Part shown: positions 24,695-36,916 of the stretch, in pieces
Layout of the letters: each line of letters starts with the position of its first letter
Position numbering within the stretch: the first letter of the stretch is position 1
Source of the DNA: Sarea resinae
Lineage: Eukaryota
DNA length: 64,000 nucleotides
NCBI GenBank assembly: GCA_026026165.1
Contig: JAPEUD010000053.1
Location: forward strand, 62,001-126,000
Reading direction: 5' to 3'
The notes under the pieces: generated by a model
The model's database searches: none
Seen by the model: only the letters and a program-made list of their open reading frames with translations
What the model was told of the DNA's origin: nothing
Position numbers and translations under genes: made by a program

Positions 24695-26705
24695 ATGGCG
24701 TCGCCAACTCTTCTGAAGGGTACCGCCCACAAGCATCTATATATATGTAGTAGATGCGAGGCAAGGCAGATCCTCTCTACCACGCACCGCCGGCTCAATC
24801 TGCCTTCGAAAAGATGGATCTCTCAATCTTATCTAAGGAAGCAAGCAAAGGCAGAGGAAGCTTGGCAAGCCCAGGCCAAGGAGATCGAGTCAGGCAAAAA
24901 ACAGTCGATGCTGACGATTTTGGAGGAGAGGGGCTTTGTCAACTCTATTGCGGGGTATGTCTTTGTTGTTGTAAAATGCACGACTGGGCTGACACGATTG
25001 CTTCTAGGGAACGAGATGCGCTTGACCAGCTACTGACCAACAAACGAATTGGCGCCTATGTAGGTATTGATCCTACAGCTCCTTCATTACATGTCGGGCA
25101 TATGCTCCCATTCATGGCATTATTCTGGATGTATATCAATGGTTACCACACTGTATCACTCGTAAGCATGCTCGTTCACTCCTATGGAAAGGAAATTGCT
25201 GAATTCCATCAGCTCGGTGGTGCTACGGCAAAGGTCGGAGATCCGACCGGCCGAACGACTTCACGGACGCTACAACCAGCTGCGGTTCAGAAGGCAAATA
25301 TGGTCAGCATGCACTATCAGCTGAAGAAGCTCTGGCGCAATGTCGAAGATTATGCCCGAAAGTACGGCTATGTATATGAATGGGCATGGCATAGGGAGCT
25401 GGTAAACAACAACGCTTGGATGGGAAAATTAACTATGCTAGAATTCCTCAGGCTGCTTGGTACAGGCGTAAGGTTGGGAACAATGCTCGGGCGGGATACG
25501 TGAGTTCGTTTTGGCGAGGCTTGAAGCTTCTGAACTGGTGCTGATAGGAGTTTCAGGGTTCGCAATAAGATGGAAAAGGGCGACGGCATGTCCTTCGCCG
25601 AATTCTCATATCCTCTGATGCAAGCCTGGGACTGGTGGTACATGTACCAAACCAAAGGTGTTCAAATTCAGATTGGTGGCTCCGATCAATTCGGGAATAT
25701 AGTGGCCGGCATGGACGCCATTAAGTATATCTCCAAGAACCACCACAATCCGGACATCCGACAGGAAAAGGAAGACGAGCGAATGCTTCCATACGGATTT
25801 ACAGTTCCTCTCCTAACCACCTCATCTGGTGAGAAGTTTGGAAAAAGTGCAGGCAATGCCGTGTGGCTAGACAAAGACATGACCAGCATCTTTGACCTTT
25901 ACCAGGTGAGCGGTTGCTTCAAAGCGCTTGAAGGGTTAATCTTCTGACACGGGGTTCATGTTAGTTTTTTTTGCGCTCTAGTGATGCAGACGTTGGCCGC
26001 TATTTGAAGGTCTTAACCTTCATGCCACTCCCCAAGATCGAGCAAATTATGACCACTCATATGGAGGACCCTGCCAAACGGGTAGCACAGCACGCGCTGG
26101 CGCGCGACTTTGTGGAGCTTGTCCATGGTGAAGAAGCAGCCAAAGCGGCGGAATCGCAGCATCGAATGATCTTCCGTTCTAGTTCAGCGCCAGTAACCCC
26201 TCAGGCAGTTACTCCTGGGCCGACCGCATCCCCAGTCGGAGACATCAATCCCTCTCTCAACCGCCGCGCTCCTCAAACTACTCCCAATAACGCCCCTACC
26301 GCTAACCTGATCCTCCCCAAGTCTCTTATCGAGAACCAGTCTGTGGCACGAGTCCTTTACTCGGCAGGCCTAGTCTCCTCCCGCAGTGAAGGCCATCGTC
26401 TCGCGCAGAACCAAGGCGCCTACCTTGGCTCACGTTCCGAGGGCGGCGGTGCCATGGGTGACTCCCTCTCCTTTACTCCGGTCAAGCTTCGGGATCCCAA
26501 GAAGACGCAGGATTACGTGATGGAGGGAGGATTGCTGATCTTGCGGGTGGGGAAGTGGAAGGTCAAGATTGTGCAGGTGGTGAGCGACGAAGAGTTTGAG
26601 CGGCTCGGGCTCGATGCGCCGGGCTGGAAGGAGGATGAGAAGAGAGCGGCGAGGGAGGCAGAAGCCGCGGCAAAGGAAGAGAAGGTCACCAAGAAGAAGG
26701 CTTGA
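24695..26705 (+). CDS. MSY1: Mitochondrial tyrosyl-tRNA synthetase; 5 exons
   Basis: GAYVGIDPTAPSLHVGH (HIGH-like), GGATAKVGDPTGR, FAEFSYPLMQAWDW, QIGGSDQFGNI, EKFGKSAGNAVWL (KMSKS-like), S4-like tail LILRVGKW. Confidence 0.93.
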
Positions 26706-27982
26706 GGGCGGATGAGAAGGAGGTAGACGAGTTGTCAAGGAGAGCCATGTATTATAGTGTAAAAGTCCCCACCCAAAGAAGTCACTCGAGTATTACCCCT
26801 TTACGAAAGGCATCCATGGAGTCTGTGTCTCCCAAATCCAGGGCTCGAGCAGAAAGCTCATCACGGCAATCACCATGATGATGATGATGATGATGATGTA
26901 CTGCGTGCCTTGCGAGCGTACCTAGAAACGAAGTACTTCGTACCTGGGAGTTTTGACTCAATAATCGTTGAACGTCTCAGTGTTTGAGTGTTCTCCTCAC
27001 TCTATGGGCATGATTAGGTGGCCATTGTCAGGTCAAGCCCTAGCGACTCGTTCTTGGGTGAGACGTTGGACGAAGATGGGCCAAGGTCAGTGTGGTCACA
27101 CCAGATGAAAGGGCGGCCGAGGCGCCTCGGGGCTGATTGGCGGCCATGCCCCGTCTCGTCACACACATGGAGATGCAGCGCTGCAGTGACTTGCACTTGT
27201 CGCGGCGCCATCAGGCTCGTCCCGCTCGCGCCATTGGCCTCGGACCCTGTTGCGGGTCCTCGACCGTTTCCTTCCCCAGCTGCATCCCGTCCTGGATCTC
27301 ACGCTGCTCCCCTCGCCTCGTTGCATCCATCTTTGAAGGTATGATGTACTCGGAGCCATAGTAATACATGCCATGCACCTAAGAACAGAACAGCACTGAG
27401 CAGAGCAGACCACTCTCCGTCGATAGGCGCTTGATCGACCAAGTACACCGAGGGTTCGTGTACTCGTCTACTTCATGGCCTACCTTACCCCGTGCAAAGG
27501 CTTTGTACCCTCCCTCGGCGGGCAATCGCTGTGATGCAGCTGCTGCACGGGATCCTCTATCGGCTGCCAATGCGGGCGCCAACCTCCCCCTCCTCATTGG
27601 CCTCGCCCGCCGTCGATCTCACCGTGTGCGATCGAGTCGAGCAGTGAGAGCGCGGCCAGTCAGTGCCACTCGGCCTCTTGATGGCCCACCCTCCTCCCTT
27701 CTCTTAAGCTGTTGGTGTCCGCATCACGACTGTTGCTGTTTCTCGATTCTCCTGCTTCTCGCTCCATCGTTTTTGCTGTCTCTTGTTTTGCTCCTCCATC
27801 TTCTGCCTCCCAAGCAGTATTAGAGCTGGTTTCTGTCTCGTCTTGGACCGCATCATTGTGCGCGCAGATCTATTTCTCCTAGCTGCATTTCTTGCAACTG
27901 CAATTCCCATAACCGTGGCGCTGAGCGCAAAGGAGAACCCTTGATTCCATTTTCGCACTCGGAGGGCCCGTTCATCCCCAAG

Positions 27983-29210
27983 ATGTATTGCTTCGGTCGG
28001 CGGGTCTACATCGCCAAGAGCACGCGGATGCCGAAGACCTTTCTGGTCTTGCTGATCCTCGAGTTCCCCATCACCGTCGCCGCTCTCATTCTCTTCGGCA
28101 TCGCTTCCCCAAACCTCTACCGCACACGTCTCTGGCAAGATGGCGCAGACAACGGCTTCAACAGCAGTCCGAACGAGATTCTTTACGCCATGGCCAACTA
28201 CCGACCCATCACGGTGCCGGTGCCATGGAACCAATTGTAAATCCACCTGCTGCTCAACCCTTCCCATGCTATCCATGGAAAGGTGTACGAAGATAGCAAT
28301 ACTGACTCCAGTTCTCAATACCAGTACCACAACATACAACATGGTGCTTCCGGTAGTCAGCATGTTCGTCATGTTGACCAAGCCAGTGCTCTTCTTCTGC
28401 GGCGCCCTGCCGCCCATCCTCTCCTTCGTCGTCCATGCCGTCCTCATCGCCCTGTACGCCGTTGCACTCCGCAACCAAGCCGGCTCCGACATGAGCGATC
28501 CCGCGCACCCCCAACCCGGTGCGCCTTGGTATCTGACCAAATCGTGCAAAGTCGCTGCTCACCACACCAACATTCACTATTGCCAACAAGCAAAGGCAGG
28601 CTTCGCCGTCTGTGTCGTCATGATGTACGTTCCCACCTTCTCCCCACGCCTCCCTGCCATTATTCTTCTCTCATCCTGCCCCCACCCAGCCCGTGTCCTC
28701 GTCCCCCAACTCCCGGTAACTCTACTGACCGAAACCACCAGTGCCCTCTTCCTCGCCCAGCTGCTCATCGCCTTCTACTCCTTCTGGCCCAACAAGAACC
28801 AAAAGGCCACCTGGCTCCAAGACATCGAAGACGACGAGGAGATCAAGAACTACCAGCCCGACATCAAGAGCTACTCGCCCGACTCCGAGTCCAGCCTCAA
28901 GGGCCACTGGCCGCTCAACGACGTGCCCAAGTCGCCCATCGCCATGTCCACGTACGCCACCCACGGCACCGGCGGCCAGATCCGCCTCGGCGACGACCTC
29001 ACCAATAATAGTTATCCCAGCAGCGGCACCACCACCGCCCAGGAGCCCCGCAGCCCCAGCCTCTGGAAGCGCGGCTTGGCTCCCGTCACCCCGCGCACGG
29101 CCGCCTTTAATATCCTCGGCGGTGCCAGGGACCACGAGACGCCGGCCAAGAAGCACGGCTACAATCGCGAGGAGGAAGCCGGCTGGGGCGATCTGGGCGA
29201 GTTGCCTTGA
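27983..29210 (+). CDS. Hypothetical 4-TM (MARVEL-like topology) membrane protein; 3 exons (27983-28236, 28325-28624, 28742-29210)
   Basis: Four hydrophobic segments; LFGIASPNLYRTRLWQDGADNGFNSSP, NQAGSDMSDPAHPQPGAPWYLTKSC, YCQQAKAGFAV; splices in frame. Confidence 0.8.
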
Positions 29211-29239
29211 TTACTTCTATTCACGCTTCGATTCGGGTC

Positions 29240-29464
29240 GGACGTGTGTGTGTGTATGTGTGTGTGTGTGTGTGTGGCCGAAGCGATGATGCTTGCAAGA
29301 AATGACAGCATTCCAAGCGACTGGAATTCCTCTCGGGGCTGATGAATGAGTGGGGTTGGGTTAAATTAATGTACGGGGCTTCATGGGAACAAGGGGGACG
29401 GGAAATATCACGATCTACCCCTTATGACGGATCCTGTGTGTCTGAACTTGCGAGGCCAGAAAGC

Positions 29465-29504
<40 letters not shown>

Positions 29505-30490
29505 GATGGGAAGGAAGGGAAGGAAGGGAAGGAAGGCGTTTTTTCCTTTTTTTTTATTTTACAATGTTTGGTTGCCGTCTTCTATATCACTGTTTCTAAA
29601 TCGCGCTTTTTCGTGTTGGTTTTCCCCCCCAATATCCCCAAGATTTCAATCTTCAATCTCTCTATCCGTCCCTCCCCCTCTCCCTCTCTCCCTCTCCCGC
29701 CATATCTCCCTCTATATATCTCCCTTCTATTTCTCTCTTCGTCTGAATATCTGAACATCTGAACATCTGAATGTGTGAATGTCTGCATGTCTGCATGTCT
29801 GCATGTCTTACCCGGCTAGCCCCAGCGGCGCGCAGGCCGAAGAAGAAGAAAATGTCAAGAGATTGTTATGATTGATATGATTGAATGAATGCATGAATCC
29901 ATGACTTTGGTTTACAAAAACAGAACAGAAACAGAACAAACACAACTCATTGAGGATAGGGATTCCTTTTGGTCCGCGTGAGGTAGGGTGCGCGTCGCCG
30001 CTGCCCGCCTAGCCAGGTCGTCGTTGTCGTTGTTGTTGTTGTTGTTGTTGTTGTTGAGGAGAAGGAGGAGGAGGAGGAAGAGGAGGACGAGGGGTGTGGA
30101 CCCATCCATCCATCCACTCGGCCAGTCGGCCACTCAGTCAGCTAGTCAGCCAGTCAAAACTATGTCTGGTTCAACATTGTCTGGTTCAACATTGTCGGGT
30201 TTAAATTGTCTGGTTTAATGAGCGAGCGAGTGACATGGATGGATGGATGGATGGGGGCGTCGTGATGCTAGCTCGCTCGCTTGTCCTGCTGTGCTTGTTG
30301 CTTGTTCTGGTAGTGGTGGTCTTGAGGGGGAGTTGGGGGGGGGGGGAAGAGATGTTATTGATACTGATACTATGTCTAGCATATAATTTATATCGAGTCT
30401 ATCGTAGTCTATCGTAGTCTATCGTGGTCCTGCTAGTCGTCGCCTCGCTCGCTCACTCACTCACTAAGTCATACACTCACTCTCTCCCAC
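29240..30490. repeat. SSR island: (TG)n, (CAAG)n, (GGAAGGAAG)n, (TCTGAACA)n, (TGCATGTC)n, (GTT)n, (GAG)n, (GGAT)n, 15-mer duplication TGTCTGGTTCAACAT
   Basis: Read directly; between convergent genes. Confidence 0.85.
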
Positions 30491-30502
30491 CCTCCCTCTT
30501 TC

Positions 30503-33052
30503 TCACTCCCTCTCCCCCACCCCATCCCTCCGGCCCCCCTCTCCATCACCGACATCGCGATCCACAACCCACATCCCACTCTCCCACCCATAAGCCCGAG
30601 CAAGCCGTCTGCCAAACTGGCGCGCGACGCGGAACGCGAGCTTGCCGCGCGGATGCGGCTCGTGGAACTGGATGCTGCGCTCGACGGCCATGCCGCGCGG
30701 CGGCGCAAACTGCCACACGGACCCGTAGAGCTTCTCGGGCGAGAAGCCCACGCTGTGCATGGCGGCCAGGAAATCCGTCCAGGCGATCTCACCGGGCGGG
30801 TCGGTGAAGGTCGCGCTGGGGGTCGGGAAGAGGGTTGTTAGGACTTTGTAGGCGCGTTTTGGGACGTGGATTTGGGGTGGCGGGGCGGCGGGGAGGTGGC
30901 GCGGGTCGGTTGGCGTTGTCGTGGTGGTGGTGGTAGAGGGGAAGGGGGTGGAGGGCGTGCCGCGGGTTTTGACTTTCGTCGTCTTGGCTGGGCTTGGGAG
31001 GGTTGAGGGATCTTCTTTGCGGTCGAGGGAGAGTTGGGAGAAAGGCCTGTAGATGGGAGAGTCTTCGGCGTTTGTCTTCGGTTGCTTGGCCGTCGGCGGC
31101 GGCGGCGGCGGCGCGGTCCATTCCGGTGTCCGTTCTATCTGGCGGTCCGTGGTGAGGAGGTGACGGATGGCGTCTTGGAGGGTGCGTCCGGTTCGGGCCT
31201 TGTAGGTCTGATCGACCTTTTGCCAGAAGAGGTCGAGATTGGACTCGGCCTTGCGCATGGCCTCGGTCGTCTGCTGGGTGCGGCGTTTGTCGGACGGATA
31301 ATGGAAGCGGCCGTCGGAAGGCACGCCTAGCTTGAAGCACTGGCCGCCCCGGAGCTTGTTGACGAGGTTCGCCACCTCGGAGAGGTCCTGAGTATACTCG
31401 CTCTCCATCGCCTCTTGGTATTGCATGGCGTCATTCTCGAACCCGTTGGCCCACGGCTGGTACATGTCGATCTGGTGCAGCGCGCCCGCTATGACACCGA
31501 GGGAGCTGTAGACACGCGCGACCCACGAGGTGAGGCGGTCCTTTTGTCCCGGGACGGTCTGGATGGTTCGCTCGATCTCGTCCATGACGTTTGTAAGGCG
31601 CAACAAGGAGAGCTGTTTTTCGTCCCAGAGACACGTGAAGAGGAACAGCAAGAAGTCGTCCCCGATGCCCCCCTTTGTCTTTGTTCTTATGATTGTGGAG
31701 TCGGAATCTTGGGGTAAGTTCTCGAACTTTTGACGAAAGGGGCCAGATGCGACGAGGCCCTGTTTCAAAGAGAAAATTGGGCCTTTGGTTGATTCCTTGA
31801 GAAGGAAGCGCAGCTTCAAGATCGCCTTCAGATACTCTTCTGGAAGATTGTCTTTGGGAGAAATGACATCGGCGTATTTGATTTTGAGCGCTGCTAGCTT
31901 AGTGACTTGTTGGTAGACGAGATCCCAGAAGATAAAAGCTCCATATGCATCCGTTACCACGCTTCCCAGCACATATTCCCAGAACAAAGGCTTATTCAGA
32001 TTAGGATGGGTCTTTCCATGAGTATCCAATAACGTCTCTTGACGGTGTTCGGACCAATCCTTTACAAGGTCTCCAAAATAGCCAGGATCTTCTCGCAAGG
32101 CCCAAATCTGGTCTTCGGCGGCTGAACGCTGTGCAGAAATCAATGCGAGCAATCTATCAAAGTCAAGATGGGCGGGAACACGGTATGGAGCTTCTGCGTT
32201 GATGGCAGCCAGCGTGGGCCATTCTCTTGGGTCTCCGGTGATTGCTGGAGGCTCTGGTTGAGGCGTGAATTGTGGGTCTGTGAGAGAACCCGGGAGCAAA
32301 TCCTGGAGGATGTTCTCACAGCACTCAACAAGGAAACGCATGATCTCTTTCTGAATCTCCAATATCATCAGGGCTTCGCCCGGGTGAAATGCGAGCCCAT
32401 GCTCCGTTACCTGCTGGCTACAGGCTTCGGGATCGTCGTCCCAGGAAACAAGGCGTCCGTAAGTCTCGGGGCTATCCCCGGTGAGATAAATGGAATACTC
32501 ATTGAGAAACGGCGGGATCAGTGCCAGGGTAATGCGGCCCAAATGCGTAGCTTCAAAATCCGAATAAGCAAACATCTGCGGCAGATGACGACCACGAGCA
32601 TTTAAAAAGAGCAATAGAGATTTCCCGGGAGTCAGGTCTTCGAGATTGATATATGGCCACAGATAGGCATCCTTGAATTTGTTGATTTTTGGTTTGCTTC
32701 TCCCCTCCTTACGGAAAGCCACAAAATCGGGCCGGTGAGCGGCCGACATGTTCGGCCATGCCTGAAGCAGGATCTTCTTGCGCTGCTCTTTCGACTTCTT
32801 CATCCATCGCTTCCGGATTACGTCTTCGTGCTTCTCGAGGATTGCTTGCAGGGTAGTCCAGTTCGAGAAGATGTTCTCTGACCGATGCCGTGCTTCTTGC
32901 CGGGCCTTTCTTTCATTGGGAAAGGAGGTTGGCTTTGGCATGCCTTCGCCTATCATTGAGAAGAACGTGGTTGGGTTCTTATATGGGTCCGGGTCGTTGA
33001 GGCCTGGGTGCACGTCCCTCCTGTCCAAGCCGTAGGGGAAGATTGGATCCAT
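30503..33052 (-). CDS. Intronless ~849-aa fungal protein: large predicted helical region plus C-terminal HicA-like domain
   Basis: Uninterrupted ORF, first ATG at 33052; blocks RKRWMKK, WPYINLEDL..LLLFLNARGR, WALREDPGYF, FHYPSDKRRT, KVKTRG; C-terminus IAWTDFLAAMHSVGF..GSVWQF..IQFHEPHP..FGRRLARAYGW. Confidence 0.85.
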   Translation of the reverse strand: MDPIFPYGLDRRDVHPGLNDPDPYKNPTTFFSMIGEGMPKPTSFPNERKARQEARHRSENIFSNWTTLQAILEKHEDVIRKRWMKKSKEQRKKILLQAWPNMSAAHRPDFVAFRKEGRSKPKINKFKDAYLWPYINLEDLTPGKSLLLFLNARGRHLPQMFAYSDFEATHLGRITLALIPPFLNEYSIYLTGDSPETYGRLVSWDDDPEACSQQVTEHGLAFHPGEALMILEIQKEIMRFLVECCENILQDLLPGSLTDPQFTPQPEPPAITGDPREWPTLAAINAEAPYRVPAHLDFDRLLALISAQRSAAEDQIWALREDPGYFGDLVKDWSEHRQETLLDTHGKTHPNLNKPLFWEYVLGSVVTDAYGAFIFWDLVYQQVTKLAALKIKYADVISPKDNLPEEYLKAILKLRFLLKESTKGPIFSLKQGLVASGPFRQKFENLPQDSDSTIIRTKTKGGIGDDFLLFLFTCLWDEKQLSLLRLTNVMDEIERTIQTVPGQKDRLTSWVARVYSSLGVIAGALHQIDMYQPWANGFENDAMQYQEAMESEYTQDLSEVANLVNKLRGGQCFKLGVPSDGRFHYPSDKRRTQQTTEAMRKAESNLDLFWQKVDQTYKARTGRTLQDAIRHLLTTDRQIERTPEWTAPPPPPPTAKQPKTNAEDSPIYRPFSQLSLDRKEDPSTLPSPAKTTKVKTRGTPSTPFPSTTTTTTTPTDPRHLPAAPPPQIHVPKRAYKVLTTLFPTPSATFTDPPGEIAWTDFLAAMHSVGFSPEKLYGSVWQFAPPRGMAVERSIQFHEPHPRGKLAFRVARQFGRRLARAYGWESGMWVVDRDVGDGEGGRRDGVGERE

Positions 33053-33304
33053 GCTGATCTGATAGAAGATACCAAACAAAGATCCGAGCGTCAGACTCGA
33101 TGTTATTTTCCCAAGACGATCGAGGGAATCTAAATGACTCGCGATGATTGATGAAATTGGTAATCGTGAATTGTTGGTGTCTGTGCCTGTTGAATGGGAG
33201 ACGACTTCGCGTGGACTTGGCCCAACCGGCAAACAGCTGTGGTCACTACCTCCTAACCGCTACAGTACTAGAGAGCTGCGTCCGATCTAGGCCGGCATGA
33301 GGGC

Positions 33305-33515
33305 ATGCCTTATCTATATCGGTCGGCGAGACTTCCTGCGAACGCCATTATCAATCTCCCCAAGCGGCAGCTTACAGCAGCTTGATCCCCTCTGATACCT
33401 TACCCCACTGGTGCAACCCCACTATTGATATTGGTAGCTATCGATAGGGGATCCCAGGAAGGATCAATGGAAGCCAGCCTCTGCATGCGTAGCACTAAAG
33501 AAGGCATATCTCCCG
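33305..33515. promoter_or_regulatory. Cluster of GATA elements (possible AreA/Nit2 nitrogen regulation) in the divergent promoter upstream of the amidase
   Basis: TTATCT (~33309), TTATCA (~33348), CTATCGATAG (~33438) and further GATA cores within about 200 bp. Confidence 0.35.
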
Positions 33516-33600
33516 CCATGGAGTTCTACTATATTAGACCCGGGCCCGCCCTGCATGGCCGCATCGGATGCCATCATCAACTCGAGCAACCGCAGTCAGC

Positions 33601-35651
33601 ATGGCAACATCCACCGTCACCACTACAAAGCTACCATGGCAAGAGATTGCTCTCACTGTCCAGAAGCGCCGTGACGAGAGCATTGCTCATGTGAAGCCTC
33701 CGGTGCCCGATGTGCCTGCCGACCTGCCCCGAAATGTCACCGGCATCCCGAAAAAGCTCTTGACAGAGCGGGAGGTCGAGATTACGGAGACTGCTCCGGA
33801 GCAACTGATCACGTCTCTTGCAGCTGGCAAACTCACGGCCACCGAGGTCACTAATGCATTCCTACGACGGGCCGGACTGGCGCAGAAGCTGGTAGCCCAT
33901 ATTCTTCCTTCCCTAAATACCACTGTGTTTGCTGATCGGCCTTGCAGGTCAACTGCGTCACAGACCTCTTGCCGGAGCGGTCACTGGCCCGAGCAAACTA
34001 TCTCGATGAGTACTATGCGAAGAATAAGAAGCCAATTGGGCCCCTGCATGGGATCCCGATCAGCGTGAAAGAGTACGTCGGCATGAAAGGCCTAGACACG
34101 AATGCTGGCTTTGTCAGCTGGGTTGGCAAGACTCAAGACGATGATGCAAACATCCTGAAAATCCTCTGGGATGCTGGTGCTGTCTTTCATGCGCGGACCA
34201 CCCAGCCCCAGACGCTGGTGAGTGATGAATCGTCCTCTTTGCCTTCTGTGAATGCTCAAGCTTATTCTCCCGTGGTGTTCAGATGCACTTGGAGAGCTCT
34301 ACCAATCTGTATGGCGCGACAGTCAATCCGTATAATACAACTCTCACGGCAGGAGGAAGCTCAGGCGGCGAAGGTGCGCTCATTGGCATTCGAGGTAGCT
34401 GTCTGGGCATCGGGACGGACATAGGAGGCAGTACGTATCCTTTCGATGGCAGAAGAGCAATGGCTACAGATTTTAAAACAAATTCCAGGCATCCGTAGTC
34501 CCGCCGCCAACAACGGTTTATACGGTCTCCGACCTACAAGTTACCGTCTTCCTCTACGCGGCTGTGTGAGCCCTATGCCAGGTTCCGAGCACATTGTCGC
34601 CGTCATCGGGCCCCTTAGCACCACTCTCGAAGGCGTAAAGGTGTTCATGAAGACCATCATTGATACCAAGCCATGGTTGATAGAGCCGAGCTTGCTACCC
34701 TTTGAGTGGAAGCCTCCACCGCCAATCAAGAAGCTGAAGGTTGCCATTTTGTGGAGTGATGGCGTGGTCAAGCCTCATCCACCTATCATCCGGGCTCTCA
34801 AAGACGTGGCGGAGAAGCTGAAATCAGCGGGCGTAGAAGTGGTCGATTGGAAACCTTACAAACACGATCTCGCATGGGAAATCATCGTTCGTCCTCCCCA
34901 TTTGCCCTTTTCTAATTATTGTCCCGATCTTTCCTCTCCCTTTTCACGACTAATATCGTACGCCGAAAACACAGGCCAGTCTCTACTTCTCGGACGGCGG
35001 TGCCCTCGAAGCTTCTGCTATAGATGCATCTTCGGAACCCTGGCGCCCGCTATCAACCTTCATATTGAAAGAAAACCCCCACGTGTCCACACACACGATC
35101 CACACACTCTGGCAACAAACCTCGCAACGCGAGAAATATCGCGCCGACTATGCCGCACTGTGGAACTCGACAGCAACGGGCACCGACATCGAGGGTCAAC
35201 CCACTGGCATGGTCGACGTGATCCTCTGCCCTACGGGCCCTGGGGCCGCGCCTCCGCTGGACTGTGCGCGTTATTGGGGCTACACCAGCCAGTGGAATCT
35301 GCTCGATTATCCGTCGCTCGTGTTTCCGCATTCTCAGGTCGATCCCACGGTTGATGTCAAGGAGGATGGATACAAGCCGCTGAACGAGCAGGATGAGTAC
35401 AATTACAACCTTTGTGAGTTTTTCGGACATCTCCTTCTTTTCACGATTCTGGATCTGGAGAAGAAAATAGGATCTGGTTGTCGCTGTCTTCTTTGTAGCT
35501 TTACTGATCCGTCTCCCTATGTATAGATGAGCCGGAACTCTACCGTGATGCTCCCGTGTCCTTGCAGCTCGTCGCCCGACGCTACGAGGATGAGAAGGTG
35601 ATTGCGGCTGCCGAGTATATCCTCAGCAAAACCGGCCCGCCGAAGGTGTGA
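33601..35651 (+). CDS. Amidase-signature enzyme (acetamidase/general amidase-like); 6 exons
   Basis: [89 protein letters not shown]. Confidence 0.92.
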
Positions 35652-35899
35652 GACTTAGATGCGAGTCCAAGATGGAAACCAAAGGTGTGAGCCGATGGTG
35701 TGAGATGAAATAAAGATCTGCTGCTCACAGCAGATTGGTCGGGGGCAATTTCTCTCCGGATGATTCACCAACTGAAGATCCAGCAAAGCACCTAATGGCC
35801 GAAAGTTGGGGAAAGAGACGGGCAGACGGATGAATGAACAGATGAAGATACGGAAAAAGGATGAGAAAGACATAGGAATGAATCCAATCTACCCATTCT

Positions 35900-36900
35900 C
35901 ACCAGAAAGAACAAATCCACCCGATCCTCCTAAACCTCGCCCTCGTCCTCGTCCTCTCCCTCGCCCTCGCCCTAGTCCAAGCATCGGGCGGATGGGATAG
36001 TCTCAATCGCCTCTGTAGCAAAGCCTTGGATCTGAATCGTACATCCATGCATCCATGCATCCATCCATGCATCCATTCATCCATCCATACTCCCATACTC
36101 CCCGTATCCTCACTCTGCTTTCTCTCCCCTCCCCTCCCCCGGCCTGTTCCCTATTAATCTGGTGTGTGTGTGTGTGAGCTCGTGCCTTGGCTGGAACAGA
36201 AACCGACTGTGAGGTCCGTGTCGTGCGTAGTACATTCAGGAAGGAGGCTCGTGAGTGGTTGGTGATACGCTGCAATGTAAAGCTATAGGCTAGGCCAGGT
36301 TGGGCCAGGCCAGAAGGGAGGGATGGAGCGGGGAGGGAGGACGGAGGAGTTTGTGAGGTTACTGTAGCTGGTTTACGCGTGTTGTATGGCGGTGTATGGG
36401 GTGCATGGGGTAGCTGGCTAGGAACCGCGCCGAGGACAGGGTAGGGGATAAGAGGTAGTATAACAGTGGTGGTGGTGATGATGATAATAATAACGTAGTT
36501 AAAGGCATTCTATTCTACCCTACCCTACCCTACCCTACCCTACCATATCCTACCCGACTTAAAAAATCAAAGCACGGAGACATGCATGGGCATCCGTGGT
36601 ATCTTACTAGGAGAAAAGTTCAAGGAATGGAAAAGGGGGTCGCGGACATTTTCTATCCCCTTTCTACCTACCTTCCTTGCTCTTCTCTTTCATTTTCCTT
36701 TTCCTTTTTACCTGCTCCAAGCTTTCTTCCTCTCGCTCCCTGCTGCCCCGCCCCGCATTTTCTAAACCCCGACCCGAGGCCGTCTTTCTTCCGTATCTTC
36801 TCGAGGGTTTTGCACTCTTGTGCTTTTCTCGTAGCGCACGATTTCGTATATCATTCCGAGAAACCAAGCCCCTTAGCAACAGCAACAACAGCAATGACGA
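35900..36900. repeat. SSR-rich intergenic island: (CCTCGY)n, (ATCC)n, (TG)n, (CCCTA)n, (GGCCA)n
   Basis: Read directly; between the convergent amidase and SWP1 genes. Confidence 0.75.
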
Positions 36901-36916
36901 CGATAATGGCACACGC

